Shown here one piece after another: positions 1-9,580 of a stretch of 64,000 bases of DNA; positions within the stretch are counted from its first letter, which is position 1; each line of letters opens with the position of its first letter. This DNA is from a virus. The DNA lies in the IMG/VR virus record IMGVR_UViG_3300023179_000033, positions 1-64,000 of that record. One strand, given 5' to 3'. The notes beneath the pieces were generated by a model. The model had not been told where the DNA came from. It was given only the letters and a program-made list of their open reading frames with translations, and made no database searches. The position numbers were made by a program, and so were the translations under genes.

Positions 1-34
1 TCATTAGCAAATTAACTTATTTGTAAATATTCTG

Positions 35-352
35 TTAGTAAATAGAGTTATTTTCTTTTCGTGCAATTTCATTTATGTATTTCTTTATAAGATTATATAA
101 TCTAATTTCTTCTTTGTTTGCTTCTCTTTCTACTGGGCCAAAATCATAAAATATATATTCTTTTAGTTGATGATGCTTAAATCTATGTATTCCTTTGTCA
201 TCATCTCCTTTAACGAAAACATATCTGAATGGCAAAGGTTCGTTTTTTAATTTATATAGTCTTCCATACTGAGGTAGAGTATCTGGATCTATACCATCAG
301 GCATAATCACTTCTTGTTTATCAAAAAATTGTAATATTTTTTTAAATATCAT
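35..352 (-). CDS. hypothetical protein
   Basis: ORF track 35..382; ATG at 352 preferred because it overlaps the upstream stop (ATGA). Confidence 0.6.
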   Translation of the reverse strand: MIFKKILQFFDKQEVIMPDGIDPDTLPQYGRLYKLKNEPLPFRYVFVKGDDDKGIHRFKHHQLKEYIFYDFGPVEREANKEEIRLYNLIKKYINEIARKENNSIY

Positions 353-525
353 TTTTTTCTTTTTGATTTTACTGTTTTCCAAATAATATCATTGGTATCT
401 AAGTCTGAACTCCAAAGCATTAATTTACTATACAGTCCATACCCAAAACCATTAAACCATTGCATTGTGGTTATACTTATAATGTCTCCAATAATATAAA
501 ATATATAAGATAATATTAGTTTCAT
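349..525 (-). CDS. small membrane protein (58 aa, below ORF-track cutoff)
   Basis: MKLILSYIFYIIGDIISITTMQWFNGFGYGLYSKLMLWSSDLDTNDIIWKTVKSKRKK; fills the gap, ATGA-coupled to the next gene. Confidence 0.6.
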   Translation of the reverse strand: MKLILSYIFYIIGDIISITTMQWFNGFGYGLYSKLMLWSSDLDTNDIIWKTVKSKRKK

Positions 526-538
526 TCTATATATAATA

Positions 539-1381
539 TTATAAATTTATAGATTTATCAATAACTTTTAAATATTTAACTCTTGCATCATATAGTCTAT
601 ATATAAAATTTGGATCATCTGATTGATTATAATATATTTCTGGGCCAAAAAATTTATTATGAAGAAATTTTTCTTTAGTAGAAATATTATTTTTTGTCTC
701 ACTTAATTTTAAAGGATTTATATTTTCATCATAACATATTTTCGCCAAGCTAGATTGTTCTATAATTGAACAAAATCTATTTGGATTCAGATTTTGTGGT
801 AAATTAATACTTTTATATTTAGAAGCTAAAGTAATTGATTTTTCAGTCCATTTTTTAAATAAATTTAAATTTTTTCCACCAATAATTGAGCAATTATAGG
901 CGTAACCACAATTTAACTCTTTTAGATCTGTAAAATTTTCTTTCTCAAAAAAATTAAAATATTCTTTATAATGTTTTCCATATCCATAGTAACCATTAAA
1001 ATCTTGATAATCATTCTTTTCGTAATATTCTTGTCCAGTTACAACAACTTCTGGTATTTTATAAAATAAATTTTCTAATAAGAAGAAATCAAAATCTAAA
1101 TGAAAAAATGGTTGATTATATTTTTGAATATTATCTAAAATAGAAAAGAATTTTATCTGAGACCAGACTAATTTATTAATATCCAATTCCATAATCTTAA
1201 TCTCAGTATTTAAGGGAATGTAATTTTTTATTTTTTTATAGAAAGAGTCTGTAGTATACAAGAAAACTTTGCCATAATCTTTGCAAAGATTCATAGATGA
1301 ATAAATATTTTCTTTATTTAAAAATATAAAACTATCGCTAAATAAAGTATCTTGTTCTTGAAATGAAAATATAAAATTCAT
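539..1381 (-). CDS. DUF6734-like nucleotide-diphospho-sugar transferase fold protein
   Basis: LYTTD, WSQIK, PFFHLDFDFFL (DxD), YNCSIIGG, IIEQ motifs. Confidence 0.55.
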   Translation of the reverse strand: MNFIFSFQEQDTLFSDSFIFLNKENIYSSMNLCKDYGKVFLYTTDSFYKKIKNYIPLNTEIKIMELDINKLVWSQIKFFSILDNIQKYNQPFFHLDFDFFLLENLFYKIPEVVVTGQEYYEKNDYQDFNGYYGYGKHYKEYFNFFEKENFTDLKELNCGYAYNCSIIGGKNLNLFKKWTEKSITLASKYKSINLPQNLNPNRFCSIIEQSSLAKICYDENINPLKLSETKNNISTKEKFLHNKFFGPEIYYNQSDDPNFIYRLYDARVKYLKVIDKSINL

Positions 1382-2019
1382 ACTTTATAACCATAATTTA
1401 TTTCATCAATTTTAAAAAATGAATTTAAATATTTTATCAAATCTTTATCATAATAATCTCGATAATTTTTAAGCAAGTTTAAATTAATTTGTTTATAAGA
1501 GATCTGTTTTATATCACAAAATTTTTTAAAATCTGCATTAAAGTATTCTGATCTAATTATAAAATTTGTTAAATTTTTATTTTCATTAGAATGAGTATAA
1601 AATGTATTTGTCTTTAATATGTCTGATATATTTGCTGTATAAATTACCCAATCTTTAAAGTCGAAAAATTTAGCGGGTTTAGATAAATAATTGTCTACCT
1701 CATAATTTCTTAAATTTAAATATATACTGACTAATCTCTCCCAAGGATTACGAATTATTGTAAATTTAAAATAGTCTCTAAATTCATCATTTTTAATTAA
1801 ATCTAAGGCGGTAAAATAAGAATCAACTGATGACACTACTTCATTTTTTAAATTTATATATTTTAAATTTAATTTTGAACAAAGATGAGAAAAAAGAGTA
1901 TTTTGGAAATTATTGTCAGTATTAAACATCCATAATGGCATACATATAAATATAATCTTTTTATCTCTTGATATATAAGAAGCTTTGTTTAAATAATCTA
2001 GATCTGAAATATTATCCAC
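1378..2019 (-). CDS. sulfotransferase family 2 protein (5'-PAPS loop degenerate)
   Basis: FKFTIIRNPWERLVSIY, FIIRSE, YRDYY, D..NYGY; the usual HIPKTxGTS loop is missing. Confidence 0.65.
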   Translation of the reverse strand: MDNISDLDYLNKASYISRDKKIIFICMPLWMFNTDNNFQNTLFSHLCSKLNLKYINLKNEVVSSVDSYFTALDLIKNDEFRDYFKFTIIRNPWERLVSIYLNLRNYEVDNYLSKPAKFFDFKDWVIYTANISDILKTNTFYTHSNENKNLTNFIIRSEYFNADFKKFCDIKQISYKQINLNLLKNYRDYYDKDLIKYLNSFFKIDEINYGYKV

Positions 2020-2039
2020 TATATAATAGTATATTAATT

Positions 2040-2816
2040 ATGATATTAATCCAACAATATTTTTATTCTGAAAATCAAGAGCGTCAAAAAGAGATAAATC
2101 AAACTCTACAAAAAAATATTGAAAACCCCCTAATCAAAGAGATTCATTTACTTAATGAATCAATATATAATTTAAAATATCTTAAAACGAAAGAATTTAA
2201 TATAGGAAAAAGATTAAATTATACTCTAGCAATCAAACACGCTTTAAGTTTAAAAGATGAAATAGTTATTATTTCAAATAATGATATTTATTTTGATGAT
2301 AGTCTTAAAATAATAAAAGATTGGAAAGATGAATGGAATAATAAAGTTATCTGTTTAACTAGATACGAATTAGATAAAAATAATAACCCAGTAGATCAAG
2401 GTCAAAGTGAAGTATTTTATTATAAGAATATTATGATGAATGTTGAACCAAAATGGTCTCACGATAGTTGGATATTTAAATCTAATCAAATGCAACCCAT
2501 AGAATGCGATTTTCATTTAGGAACTTTAGGATGCGAAGGAGCTTTTGCTTGTGCAATTAGAAATAAAAATCTTGATATTATCAATGGATATCCTTATATT
2601 AAGGCTATTCATAATCATAAATCTATGCATCGAACTTACGATCCAAAACATCAAATACATTCCGTAGAAAGTTGCACGAAAATAAAATATGATATTTTTG
2701 GAAATGAAATAAAAACTATTAGAAATATATCTAATCTAAACTCAGATAAAAATAAAAATTCTATTGAAGCTAGATTAGGTTTAACTTTAAAAAATGGAAA
2801 ACTCGTTCCATTGTAA
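2040..2816 (+). CDS. glycosyltransferase-like protein (GT-A)
   Basis: ISNNDIYFD, CLTRYE, SHDSWIF, FHLGTLGCE, AIHNH; ATG 2040 is in frame with ORF 1968..2816. Confidence 0.55.
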   Translation: MILIQQYFYSENQERQKEINQTLQKNIENPLIKEIHLLNESIYNLKYLKTKEFNIGKRLNYTLAIKHALSLKDEIVIISNNDIYFDDSLKIIKDWKDEWNNKVICLTRYELDKNNNPVDQGQSEVFYYKNIMMNVEPKWSHDSWIFKSNQMQPIECDFHLGTLGCEGAFACAIRNKNLDIINGYPYIKAIHNHKSMHRTYDPKHQIHSVESCTKIKYDIFGNEIKTIRNISNLNSDKNKNSIEARLGLTLKNGKLVPL

Positions 2817-2821
2817 ATTAA

Positions 2822-3031
2822 CTAAGATTTCGGTATAAAATTAATTAGAGCTTCGTCACCATATACTTGAAATGATTGCAATTTATATTGTTTTTTATCT
2901 AGCATATTTTTTAATTCATTAATATATTCGCTTTTTGTATATATAACTAAAGTTTCTCCGTCATTAACATCAACTCCATATTCATCAGCAAATTCTGAAC
3001 ATATTGCTAACGCTTCACTTTGGTTGCTCAT
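2822..3031 (-). CDS. hypothetical protein
   Basis: 69-aa ORF; GTGTAA motif 8 nt upstream of ATG. Confidence 0.6.
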   Translation of the reverse strand: MSNQSEALAICSEFADEYGVDVNDGETLVIYTKSEYINELKNMLDKKQYKLQSFQVYGDEALINFIPKS

Positions 3032-3083
3032 AATATATATTACACAATATATATTTGGCTTTTTTGTATTAGTAAATAGAGAT

Positions 3084-3171
3084 TGGAACGAGTAGGATTC
3101 GAACCTACGGATGATATTAAACCATCGGAAGTTTAGTAAACTTCTGCTTTAGACCACTCAGCCATCGTTCC
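3084..3171 (-). tRNA. tRNA-Ser-like, anticodon ACU, long variable arm, no encoded CCA
   Basis: GGAACGA/UCGUUCC acceptor stem, UGGCUGAGUGGUCUAAAGC D arm, GAAGU-UUACUAA-ACUUC anticodon arm, GAUGGU/AUCAUC variable stem, GUAGG-UUCGAAU-CCUAC T arm. Confidence 0.92.
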
Positions 3172-3172
3172 A

Positions 3173-4165
3173 TTAAATTTTCTCTTTATTTCCAGAGAAG
3201 GTTATTTCTATCGGCTCTGTCAGAATATGATTTAATTGAGATTTAATAAAAGATTGCATCGCTTGTAATGTATTAAATTTATAAAGATTATTATTTTGAA
3301 ATAATTTATAAGTATGTATTTTTTCTAAAACATCACATTTATTAATAATAAGTTTATTTACTCCAGAAATCTTAATTGCATCAATAAGTTTATTTAAATT
3401 CAACCAATTAGCTATTCTTCTTCTACCAGTAGTTGAACCAAACTCTTGGCCCATATCAATAAGCATATTTAATTCTGGATCTTCCCAAAGACTTTCTGGA
3501 AACAAAGGATCTACTCCACTCTTGGTATCGTATATCTTTGCTACTCCAATAATATCTCGAATCTTTTTAGGAGAAAAACCTAAAGAACAAGCAGAATAAG
3601 GTAAAGTTTCACTACTAGTAACATAAGGATAATCACCATAATTAATATCTAACCAAAAACTTTGTGCTCCTTCGCAAAGTATATTCCCATAAAATTCTCC
3701 GTCCCAAATATATTTCTTATCAAGATAATCTTTTGCTAATTTTCCAACTCTAAGCATTTTATCTGCATAAGCTGGTGCAATTCCTTGACCAGTAGTTCCT
3801 AGTTTTGATTTTAAAAATTTAAGATCGTATTCAATATGTCTTTGAGTAATTAAATGGGTTTTTGGACTAACTTTAATCAAAGATGTATCGAATCCTTCTT
3901 TTTCCAAATATTCTATTTCATCAAAAAATTTATCTATATTAATAACGCAATTTGGACCAATAACACTTAATTTATTTTGAAAAACACCACAAGGTATAAT
4001 ATGAGTTTTATATTTTTTATCACCAATATAAACTGTATGTCCTGCGTTTGGGCCTCCATTCCAGCGACAAACTATATCATAGTTTTTAGATATGGCATTA
4101 CTAATCTTTCCTTTTCCTTCATCGCCCCAAGCCAAACCAAAAATTATATCAACCGCTTTGATCAT
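3173..4165 (-). CDS. purA: adenylosuccinate synthetase (short form)
   Basis: WGDEGKGK, GGPNAGHT, GTTGQGIAPAY, EGAQ, YPYVTSS, GSTTGRRR, NKCD. Confidence 0.95.
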   Translation of the reverse strand: MIKAVDIIFGLAWGDEGKGKISNAISKNYDIVCRWNGGPNAGHTVYIGDKKYKTHIIPCGVFQNKLSVIGPNCVINIDKFFDEIEYLEKEGFDTSLIKVSPKTHLITQRHIEYDLKFLKSKLGTTGQGIAPAYADKMLRVGKLAKDYLDKKYIWDGEFYGNILCEGAQSFWLDINYGDYPYVTSSETLPYSACSLGFSPKKIRDIIGVAKIYDTKSGVDPLFPESLWEDPELNMLIDMGQEFGSTTGRRRIANWLNLNKLIDAIKISGVNKLIINKCDVLEKIHTYKLFQNNNLYKFNTLQAMQSFIKSQLNHILTEPIEITFSGNKEKI

Positions 4166-4391
4166 TATTTTTTGATTTTAATTCGTTAATATGATTTTCT
4201 AAATTTTCTTTGGCCTTCGTACAGAAATCTTGTCCAGATTTTCCACAACAATTTTTAAATTTTTTATTTTCCAATGGGCAAAAAGCATTTCTTCCAATTT
4301 TGGGTAGAACTCTTACTACTGGAGAAAATGGAGTAGCTCTTGCGTATGGATTATTTGGTAATATAACTTTAGTATTTTTATTTTCTTCCAT
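4149..4391 (-). CDS. SEC-C motif protein
   Basis: KIGRNAFCP..KKFKNCCG resembles the SecA C-terminal metal-binding motif. Confidence 0.7.
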   Translation of the reverse strand: MEENKNTKVILPNNPYARATPFSPVVRVLPKIGRNAFCPLENKKFKNCCGKSGQDFCTKAKENLENHINELKSKNNDQSG

Positions 4392-4452
4392 ATATATATA
4401 TTATATAATATCTTTTATAAAAGTAAAGATAAATGTATAGTGTAATTATATT

Positions 4453-5472
4453 ATGTTTAAATATATATTAGGATTTTCAGCTTTTGCACTAGCCTCTTGT
4501 GCGGCTTTCTTTTCTGTAAAAGGAATAGCTCTATTATTTGCCGCAAGTTTTTGGAGTGTAGCAGTTATGGCTGGAAGTATGGAACTAGCCAAATTAGTTT
4601 CGGCTAGTTATCTTTATAGATATTGGAATGAAATAAATAAAATTTTAAAGAGATATATGTTATCTGCCACGATACTTTTAATGGCAATTACAAGTCTTGG
4701 TATATTTGGTTTTCTTTCTGACGCATTTCAAAGAAATTTTTCTCAATATAGTTTAAATATAGTTAAAATAAATAACTTAAAATCTCAACAATCTCTTGTT
4801 ATTTCGCAAATTGATTTTAATAAAAATAAACTTAAAGATCTAATTGAACTTCAAAAAACATATCAAACTTCTTTAGATTCCGCTGTAAAGCAAGATGTCA
4901 CTATTACTAAAACTACTGGTGGTGGTTTATTTAGTTCTGCTAAAACGGAGAAAGTAACTGATGCAAAATTAATTGATAGTAGAAATAAGATTGTTGAAGG
5001 ATCACAGCAAAATATAAATTCTTTATTTGCTCAAATATCAGTAGCAAATCAAGATTTACAGAATCTAGAAAAGCAAGCGTCTGATCTTGCTCAAGAAATT
5101 TTAAAACTAGAAAATGATAATACTAAAGGGGAAATTGGAACATTTAAATTTGTAGCAGAAGCTTTTGGATTAAAAATAGAAACAGCTGTGAGAATCTTTA
5201 TTATATTAATTGTTATTGTTTTTGATCCTTTAGCTGTATGTTTAGTTATAGCTTATAATTCATTAATAAAATCAAATAAAATGCGATCAAACTCTGAACC
5301 TATAATTATAGAAAAAACAATAGAAAAGATAGTTGAAAAACCAGTAGAAATTATTAAAAATGTATTTAAAGAATTTAAAAGAGGCACAAAGCGTATTCAT
5401 AATGAAACATTAGCAGATCCAAATTTACCAGAAAATCAAACTGATAAATATATTAAGAAAACTTACAGATAA
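4453..5472 (+). CDS. membrane-anchored coiled-coil phage protein
   Basis: three N-terminal TM segments, MELAKLVSASYL, long coiled coil, C-terminal IVIVFDPLAV TM segment. Confidence 0.65.
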   Translation: MFKYILGFSAFALASCAAFFSVKGIALLFAASFWSVAVMAGSMELAKLVSASYLYRYWNEINKILKRYMLSATILLMAITSLGIFGFLSDAFQRNFSQYSLNIVKINNLKSQQSLVISQIDFNKNKLKDLIELQKTYQTSLDSAVKQDVTITKTTGGGLFSSAKTEKVTDAKLIDSRNKIVEGSQQNINSLFAQISVANQDLQNLEKQASDLAQEILKLENDNTKGEIGTFKFVAEAFGLKIETAVRIFIILIVIVFDPLAVCLVIAYNSLIKSNKMRSNSEPIIIEKTIEKIVEKPVEIIKNVFKEFKRGTKRIHNETLADPNLPENQTDKYIKKTYR

Positions 5473-5628
5473 TTATTTTTGTTTAATATAAAAATCTTTT
5501 TTGTTCTTTGAAATTTTTGCTATATAATTTTTTGCTTTTTTATATCCATCTTTGTTTAATGGAAAAACTCCGTATAGAAAATTATCATCTTTAGAATAAA
5601 TTCCGTAATATTTCTTTTTACTTTTCAT
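5473..5628 (-). CDS. small basic hypothetical protein (51 aa)
   Basis: MKSKKKYYGIYSKDDNFLYGVFPLNKDG...; fills gap in a minus-strand gene run. Confidence 0.55.
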   Translation of the reverse strand: MKSKKKYYGIYSKDDNFLYGVFPLNKDGYKKAKNYIAKISKNKKDFYIKQK

Positions 5629-5791
5629 TATTAAAATAATCTTCGATTAAGTTTTTAAGTAATCTTAAATGATAAACATTCCAACTATCTCCATCTTCTA
5701 ATTTTCCATTTTCTAAGATATCTTCATATAAAGCTTTTTCCGTGAGTTGATTAATTAAATTAATAATTCTAGCTTCTTTTTGTTCTTTCAT
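5618..5791 (-). CDS. small hypothetical protein (57 aa)
   Basis: MKEQKEARIINLINQL...GDSWNVYHLRLLKNLIEDYFNNEK; fills gap. Confidence 0.55.
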   Translation of the reverse strand: MKEQKEARIINLINQLTEKALYEDILENGKLEDGDSWNVYHLRLLKNLIEDYFNNEK

Positions 5792-5803
5792 AATATATTA
5801 TAT

Positions 5804-6217
5804 TTAAATATTAAGCTTTTTTAAAGAAACTTTATAAAAATCAAATATCTCATATGCGAGTTGATCTTTATGGTATTCTTCTGTATAATAAACATGCTTT
5901 ATTCCATGAGAGCAAATATTAATTGCACAATTAGCGCAAGGTAATAAAGTAGAAGCTAGAATATATGGCTCATCATATCTTGTTATACAAGCTAAAGCAT
6001 TTGTTTCAGCATGAATAATATATTTTCTTCTTTCATCTCTATCTTCCCAAAAATCATTTGAGATTTGTTGCTTAGATAATAATCCATTATACCCTACGCT
6101 AAGTATCCTACCTTCTTTATTTAAAACGCAAACTCCTACCTTTTTATAAGGATCTTCTGATCTATCTTTTACTACATCTGCGACTTTAATAGCCATTTCT
6201 TCAAAAGATATTCTCAT
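5804..6217 (-). CDS. dCMP deaminase
   Basis: RSED..KVG, GYNG, HAETNA, PCANC zinc motifs. Confidence 0.92.
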   Translation of the reverse strand: MRISFEEMAIKVADVVKDRSEDPYKKVGVCVLNKEGRILSVGYNGLLSKQQISNDFWEDRDERRKYIIHAETNALACITRYDEPYILASTLLPCANCAINICSHGIKHVYYTEEYHKDQLAYEIFDFYKVSLKKLNI

Positions 6218-6870
6218 AAATAATGTAATTTAACTTTGTCTTTATTTATTGTAACAAATGAAGAAGTCTTCTCGCAAAAACTTCCTATATTAATATATCT
6301 TTCTTCATAACTTGGCATATGAGTATGACCACAGATTACTTTTTGATAACCATTTGAATCTATATATTTTAAGGCATTTTTCTTTATGTCTGAACTTTTT
6401 TCTACAAAATTATTAGTTCTATTTTTAAATAACCTAAAGAAATCATCTGCATAAGGAGTATAGTGCCTAAAGAAATAATAACATTTGATTATAAAATTTG
6501 TTATCCATTTATATTTTGTAAAGTAAATATCAAAAATATCACCATGTACAACTAATATCTTATGATCTTTTAAATTTATTACATGTTCATTTTTACAATT
6601 AAAACCAAGAAGAATACTCATAAATTCAGCTTTAAGAAAGCAATGGTTACCAATTAAATAAATTATTCTACATCTTTTAGAAAGTTTTCTTAACTTTGAA
6701 AGTACCTTCCAATGTGTTTTACATAATCTATGTAAATTATGATGATCAAAAAGATCCCCTGCGATTATAATATTTTTAGCTTTATGTTTTTTTAAAACTT
6801 TTAATAATAAATCGGCTTTACAATCTTTATCACCTAGATGAATATCGGATATAATTAAATAATCATACAT
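6214..6870 (-). CDS. calcineurin-like metallophosphoesterase (LpxH-like)
   Basis: SDIHLG, GDLFD, GNH, HGDIFD, CGHTH, NIGS. Confidence 0.85.
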   Translation of the reverse strand: MYDYLIISDIHLGDKDCKADLLLKVLKKHKAKNIIIAGDLFDHHNLHRLCKTHWKVLSKLRKLSKRCRIIYLIGNHCFLKAEFMSILLGFNCKNEHVINLKDHKILVVHGDIFDIYFTKYKWITNFIIKCYYFFRHYTPYADDFFRLFKNRTNNFVEKSSDIKKNALKYIDSNGYQKVICGHTHMPSYEERYINIGSFCEKTSSFVTINKDKVKLHYL

Positions 6871-6871
6871 A

Positions 6872-7180
6872 TTATCTTGTCAAATAATCCATTTTTCTTT
6901 GAAGTCTAAAATTTTCTTGCTCCTTCGCGCCTATAACGGCTTGTATTCTTGATCTTTGAATTGATTCGTTTGGCTTCATTACTGATAGTGTTTGCTTCTG
7001 ATTTTCTAGCATTTTTATCATTTGATAATTAGCATTTTTTTGAGCAGTTAATATATGATAATCAACCCCTCTTTCTAAACAAGATTGCTGTGCGTTGCCA
7101 TGTGATATACTCCAAATTGCAATACATATATAAATAATATATTTGAATATATCATATAGATGAACTTCGTTATTTTCCAT
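6872..7180 (-). CDS. hypothetical protein with N-terminal signal/TM segment
   Basis: hydrophobic segment followed by a coiled coil. Confidence 0.55.
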   Translation of the reverse strand: MENNEVHLYDIFKYIIYICIAIWSISHGNAQQSCLERGVDYHILTAQKNANYQMIKMLENQKQTLSVMKPNESIQRSRIQAVIGAKEQENFRLQRKMDYLTR

Positions 7181-8267
7181 GAGCTATTCCCTCGTACATG
7201 CTATTAGCAGTAACTATAACCGCTTTTATTTTGTTGGTCCAAAGTCCTCCTCGCATATCTTCAAGATTTCTAAATCCAAGATAACTCATCGCACTTCTTA
7301 ATCCATTAGCGAAATCATAAATAATATCTTCTATTGTGACATTTTCATTTATAGGCACAAGCGTATTATCTCCTTCAACAAAAAGATTTTTCTTTGTTCC
7401 ATCATATAGTTCATAATCTTCTACCACATCCTTACTTGCCATTCCCCTGTATTTTGCAAATAATTTACCATCCTTCTGAATTACATTTTCATCATCAACA
7501 ACATCAAGAAGCCCAGCGAAAATTCTGCCACATATTACTGCATCGCAACCACTAGCAATCGCTTTTACAAGATCTTTTGGATATCTAATGCCTCCGTCTG
7601 CTAAAATACTTGGACGATTTTCTGGATTTGGTTGATCTTGTTTGAATAAATCTACTTGAGAAAGCTCCCAATTTCTAATAGCTTTCCATGCATAAAAATT
7701 ACCAGTTAAACTTGGACACCAAATTCCAGTTTTTAACTGAGTTAAACACATTGATCCCGGTCCAATAAGATGTCTAAATCCATCCGCTTTTAGATTCGCT
7801 AAACGATAAACACTTCCTTTTGTAAGAGTATTGCCTACAATGATATCTTGAGAAAATCCAGATGTTTTATACCATCTAAGAAAATCTTCTACATTTTTTG
7901 CTAATCCATTTGCTGTATCTAAAAAGTAGATGTCTGTATATATACTTGTTGCTTTTATTCTAGCTTCGGCATCTTTCAATCCAATAGCTGTAACGCAAAG
8001 ATTACTTTCATCTTTTATAATTTTAGCTTTAGAAGCTTGTTCCTCAATAGACATAAAACGATGCAGTACTCCAGCGCAACCAAGTTTATTCATCTTAATG
8101 CAAGATTTTACTGAAGAAACTGTATCCATTGGAGATAGGATAATTGGAATTTTTATTTTAAAATGTTTTGAAATTTTTGTAGTAGTATCAACTTCTTTTC
8201 TGGAATTAATATCAGAGAAATTTGGAAGTAAAGATATATCATCGTAACCTAAAGCAGTTTTAAACAT
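7170..8267 (-). CDS. IMPDH/GMP reductase family protein, probably GMP reductase
   Basis: SPMDTV, LHRF, IGPGSMC, ADGGI, YRGMAS, GLRSAMSYLG; no CBS domains and no Arg-Tyr flap dyad. Confidence 0.85.
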   Translation of the reverse strand: MFKTALGYDDISLLPNFSDINSRKEVDTTTKISKHFKIKIPIILSPMDTVSSVKSCIKMNKLGCAGVLHRFMSIEEQASKAKIIKDESNLCVTAIGLKDAEARIKATSIYTDIYFLDTANGLAKNVEDFLRWYKTSGFSQDIIVGNTLTKGSVYRLANLKADGFRHLIGPGSMCLTQLKTGIWCPSLTGNFYAWKAIRNWELSQVDLFKQDQPNPENRPSILADGGIRYPKDLVKAIASGCDAVICGRIFAGLLDVVDDENVIQKDGKLFAKYRGMASKDVVEDYELYDGTKKNLFVEGDNTLVPINENVTIEDIIYDFANGLRSAMSYLGFRNLEDMRGGLWTNKIKAVIVTANSMYEGIAHGK

Positions 8268-8273
8268 ATGTTT

Positions 8274-8302
8274 ATATTAAACTACTTATACTCTTGTGTC
8301 AA
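8274..8302 (-). promoter_or_regulatory. sigma70-type promoter
   Basis: TTGACA-17-TAATAT just upstream of the ATG at 8267. Confidence 0.7.
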
Positions 8303-8584
8303 TTAAAATTGTTTTATAATTGCGTTTGTTTCGTTTTTAAATATTATTTCTGAAGAATTTGTGATTTTTTTGATTTCTTCGACTGCTGATATATTTATAT
8401 TTATAATTTTATTATTATATATATCATAAAAAGCTTGAGTTCTTCTTCCTCTACTACAAGAGCATCCACCTTGGGAGGCATTAAAATAATCAATGATTTG
8501 TACAAGATCTCTTAAGTTTTCATTAGATATATTTGATCTTAAAAATTCAGTAAATGAGTTAGCGGTAAATTCAGTTTTGTTCAT
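8303..8584 (-). CDS. hypothetical protein
   Basis: 93 aa with GGCSCS..RR motif. Confidence 0.55.
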   Translation of the reverse strand: MNKTEFTANSFTEFLRSNISNENLRDLVQIIDYFNASQGGCSCSRGRRTQAFYDIYNNKIININISAVEEIKKITNSSEIIFKNETNAIIKQF

Positions 8585-8924
8585 ATTTATGCATTAGACT
8601 TAAAGTCATATATTCCATAATAGATATTACATATAATATACCTATATATAATAGTGGAAAATTATAGATAAATAAAATAATTAAATTCAACCAAAATCCT
8701 AAGCATAAGGGACAACTTAATAATTTGTAAAAGAATCCATTTTTCATACCAAGAAAATCAGCAAAATCAAGATAGGTAACTTTAATAAAATCTTCATATT
8801 CTTTAAATATTTTAATATTATTTAATTTAAAAAGTTTAGCATACTCATAAAGAAAATTAGTTTTAAACCAAATAAATAAACCAGCGGCGCTTAAACTACT
8901 TGATAAAACTATATCCAAAATCAT
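8571..8924 (-). CDS. membrane protein with CPxC motif (DUF1360-like)
   Basis: KLLSCPLCLGFW flanked by TM segments. Confidence 0.55.
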   Translation of the reverse strand: MILDIVLSSSLSAAGLFIWFKTNFLYEYAKLFKLNNIKIFKEYEDFIKVTYLDFADFLGMKNGFFYKLLSCPLCLGFWLNLIILFIYNFPLLYIGILYVISIMEYMTLSLMHKYEQN

Positions 8925-8951
8925 ATTTAATTATATTTAATATAAAACTAC

Positions 8952-8980
8952 TTGACGAATATATTTATGTGTGGTATTGT
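8952..8980 (+). promoter_or_regulatory. sigma70-type promoter
   Basis: TTGACG-17-TATTGT, 6 nt before ATG 8987. Confidence 0.6.
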
Positions 8981-8986
8981 ATATCA

Positions 8987-9580
8987 ATGATTATTGGCAT
9001 AACTGGTGTGGCTAGATCTGGTAAAGATACTTTTTATTCTATATTAAAAAAATATTTAAAAGAGAAAAATATAGATTGCCAAAGAATTGCTTTAGCGGAT
9101 GAACTTAAAAAAGAACTTGGAGATTTTGTAGAAAAGAAATTTAAAATTGATTTAAATAAATGCGATGGTTCTGACAAAGAATTAATACGCCCTTTGATGG
9201 TTGCATATGGCAAATGTAGAAGAGTTCAAACTGAAGGTAAATATTGGACATCTTTAGTTGATCCAAAAGTAAAAGAACTTAAAAAACAAAATATACTTCC
9301 TATAATTACAGATATCAGATATATAGAATATAAAGAAGATGAATATTCTTGGTTAAAATCTCATAATGGTATATTAATTCATTTATCTAGAAAATTAGAT
9401 GATGGCAGTTTTGTACAACCCGCTAATATTGAAGAAAAATCTAATGACAATAAATTAAAAGCTGTTGCAGATTTTACTATCTGCTGGGATACATGCCAAG
9501 ATACAAACTTCTTGTATGAATTAATGCAAAAGAATTTAAGGAATATATATGACAGACTTACAATTAATACGAAAAATTAA
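8987..9580 (+). CDS. deoxynucleoside monophosphate kinase (T4 gp1-like P-loop kinase)
   Basis: MIIGITGVARSGKDT, ALADELK, ITDIRY..E. Confidence 0.8.
   Translation: MIIGITGVARSGKDTFYSILKKYLKEKNIDCQRIALADELKKELGDFVEKKFKIDLNKCDGSDKELIRPLMVAYGKCRRVQTEGKYWTSLVDPKVKELKKQNILPIITDIRYIEYKEDEYSWLKSHNGILIHLSRKLDDGSFVQPANIEEKSNDNKLKAVADFTICWDTCQDTNFLYELMQKNLRNIYDRLTINTKN

Noticed and set aside
3173-4165. PurZ / 2-aminoadenine (Z-genome) pathway
   Set aside because: The catalytic Asp in GDEGKG and the TTGRRR loop are PurA-type; PurZ has Ser at that position, and no DatZ/MazZ-like gene is seen nearby
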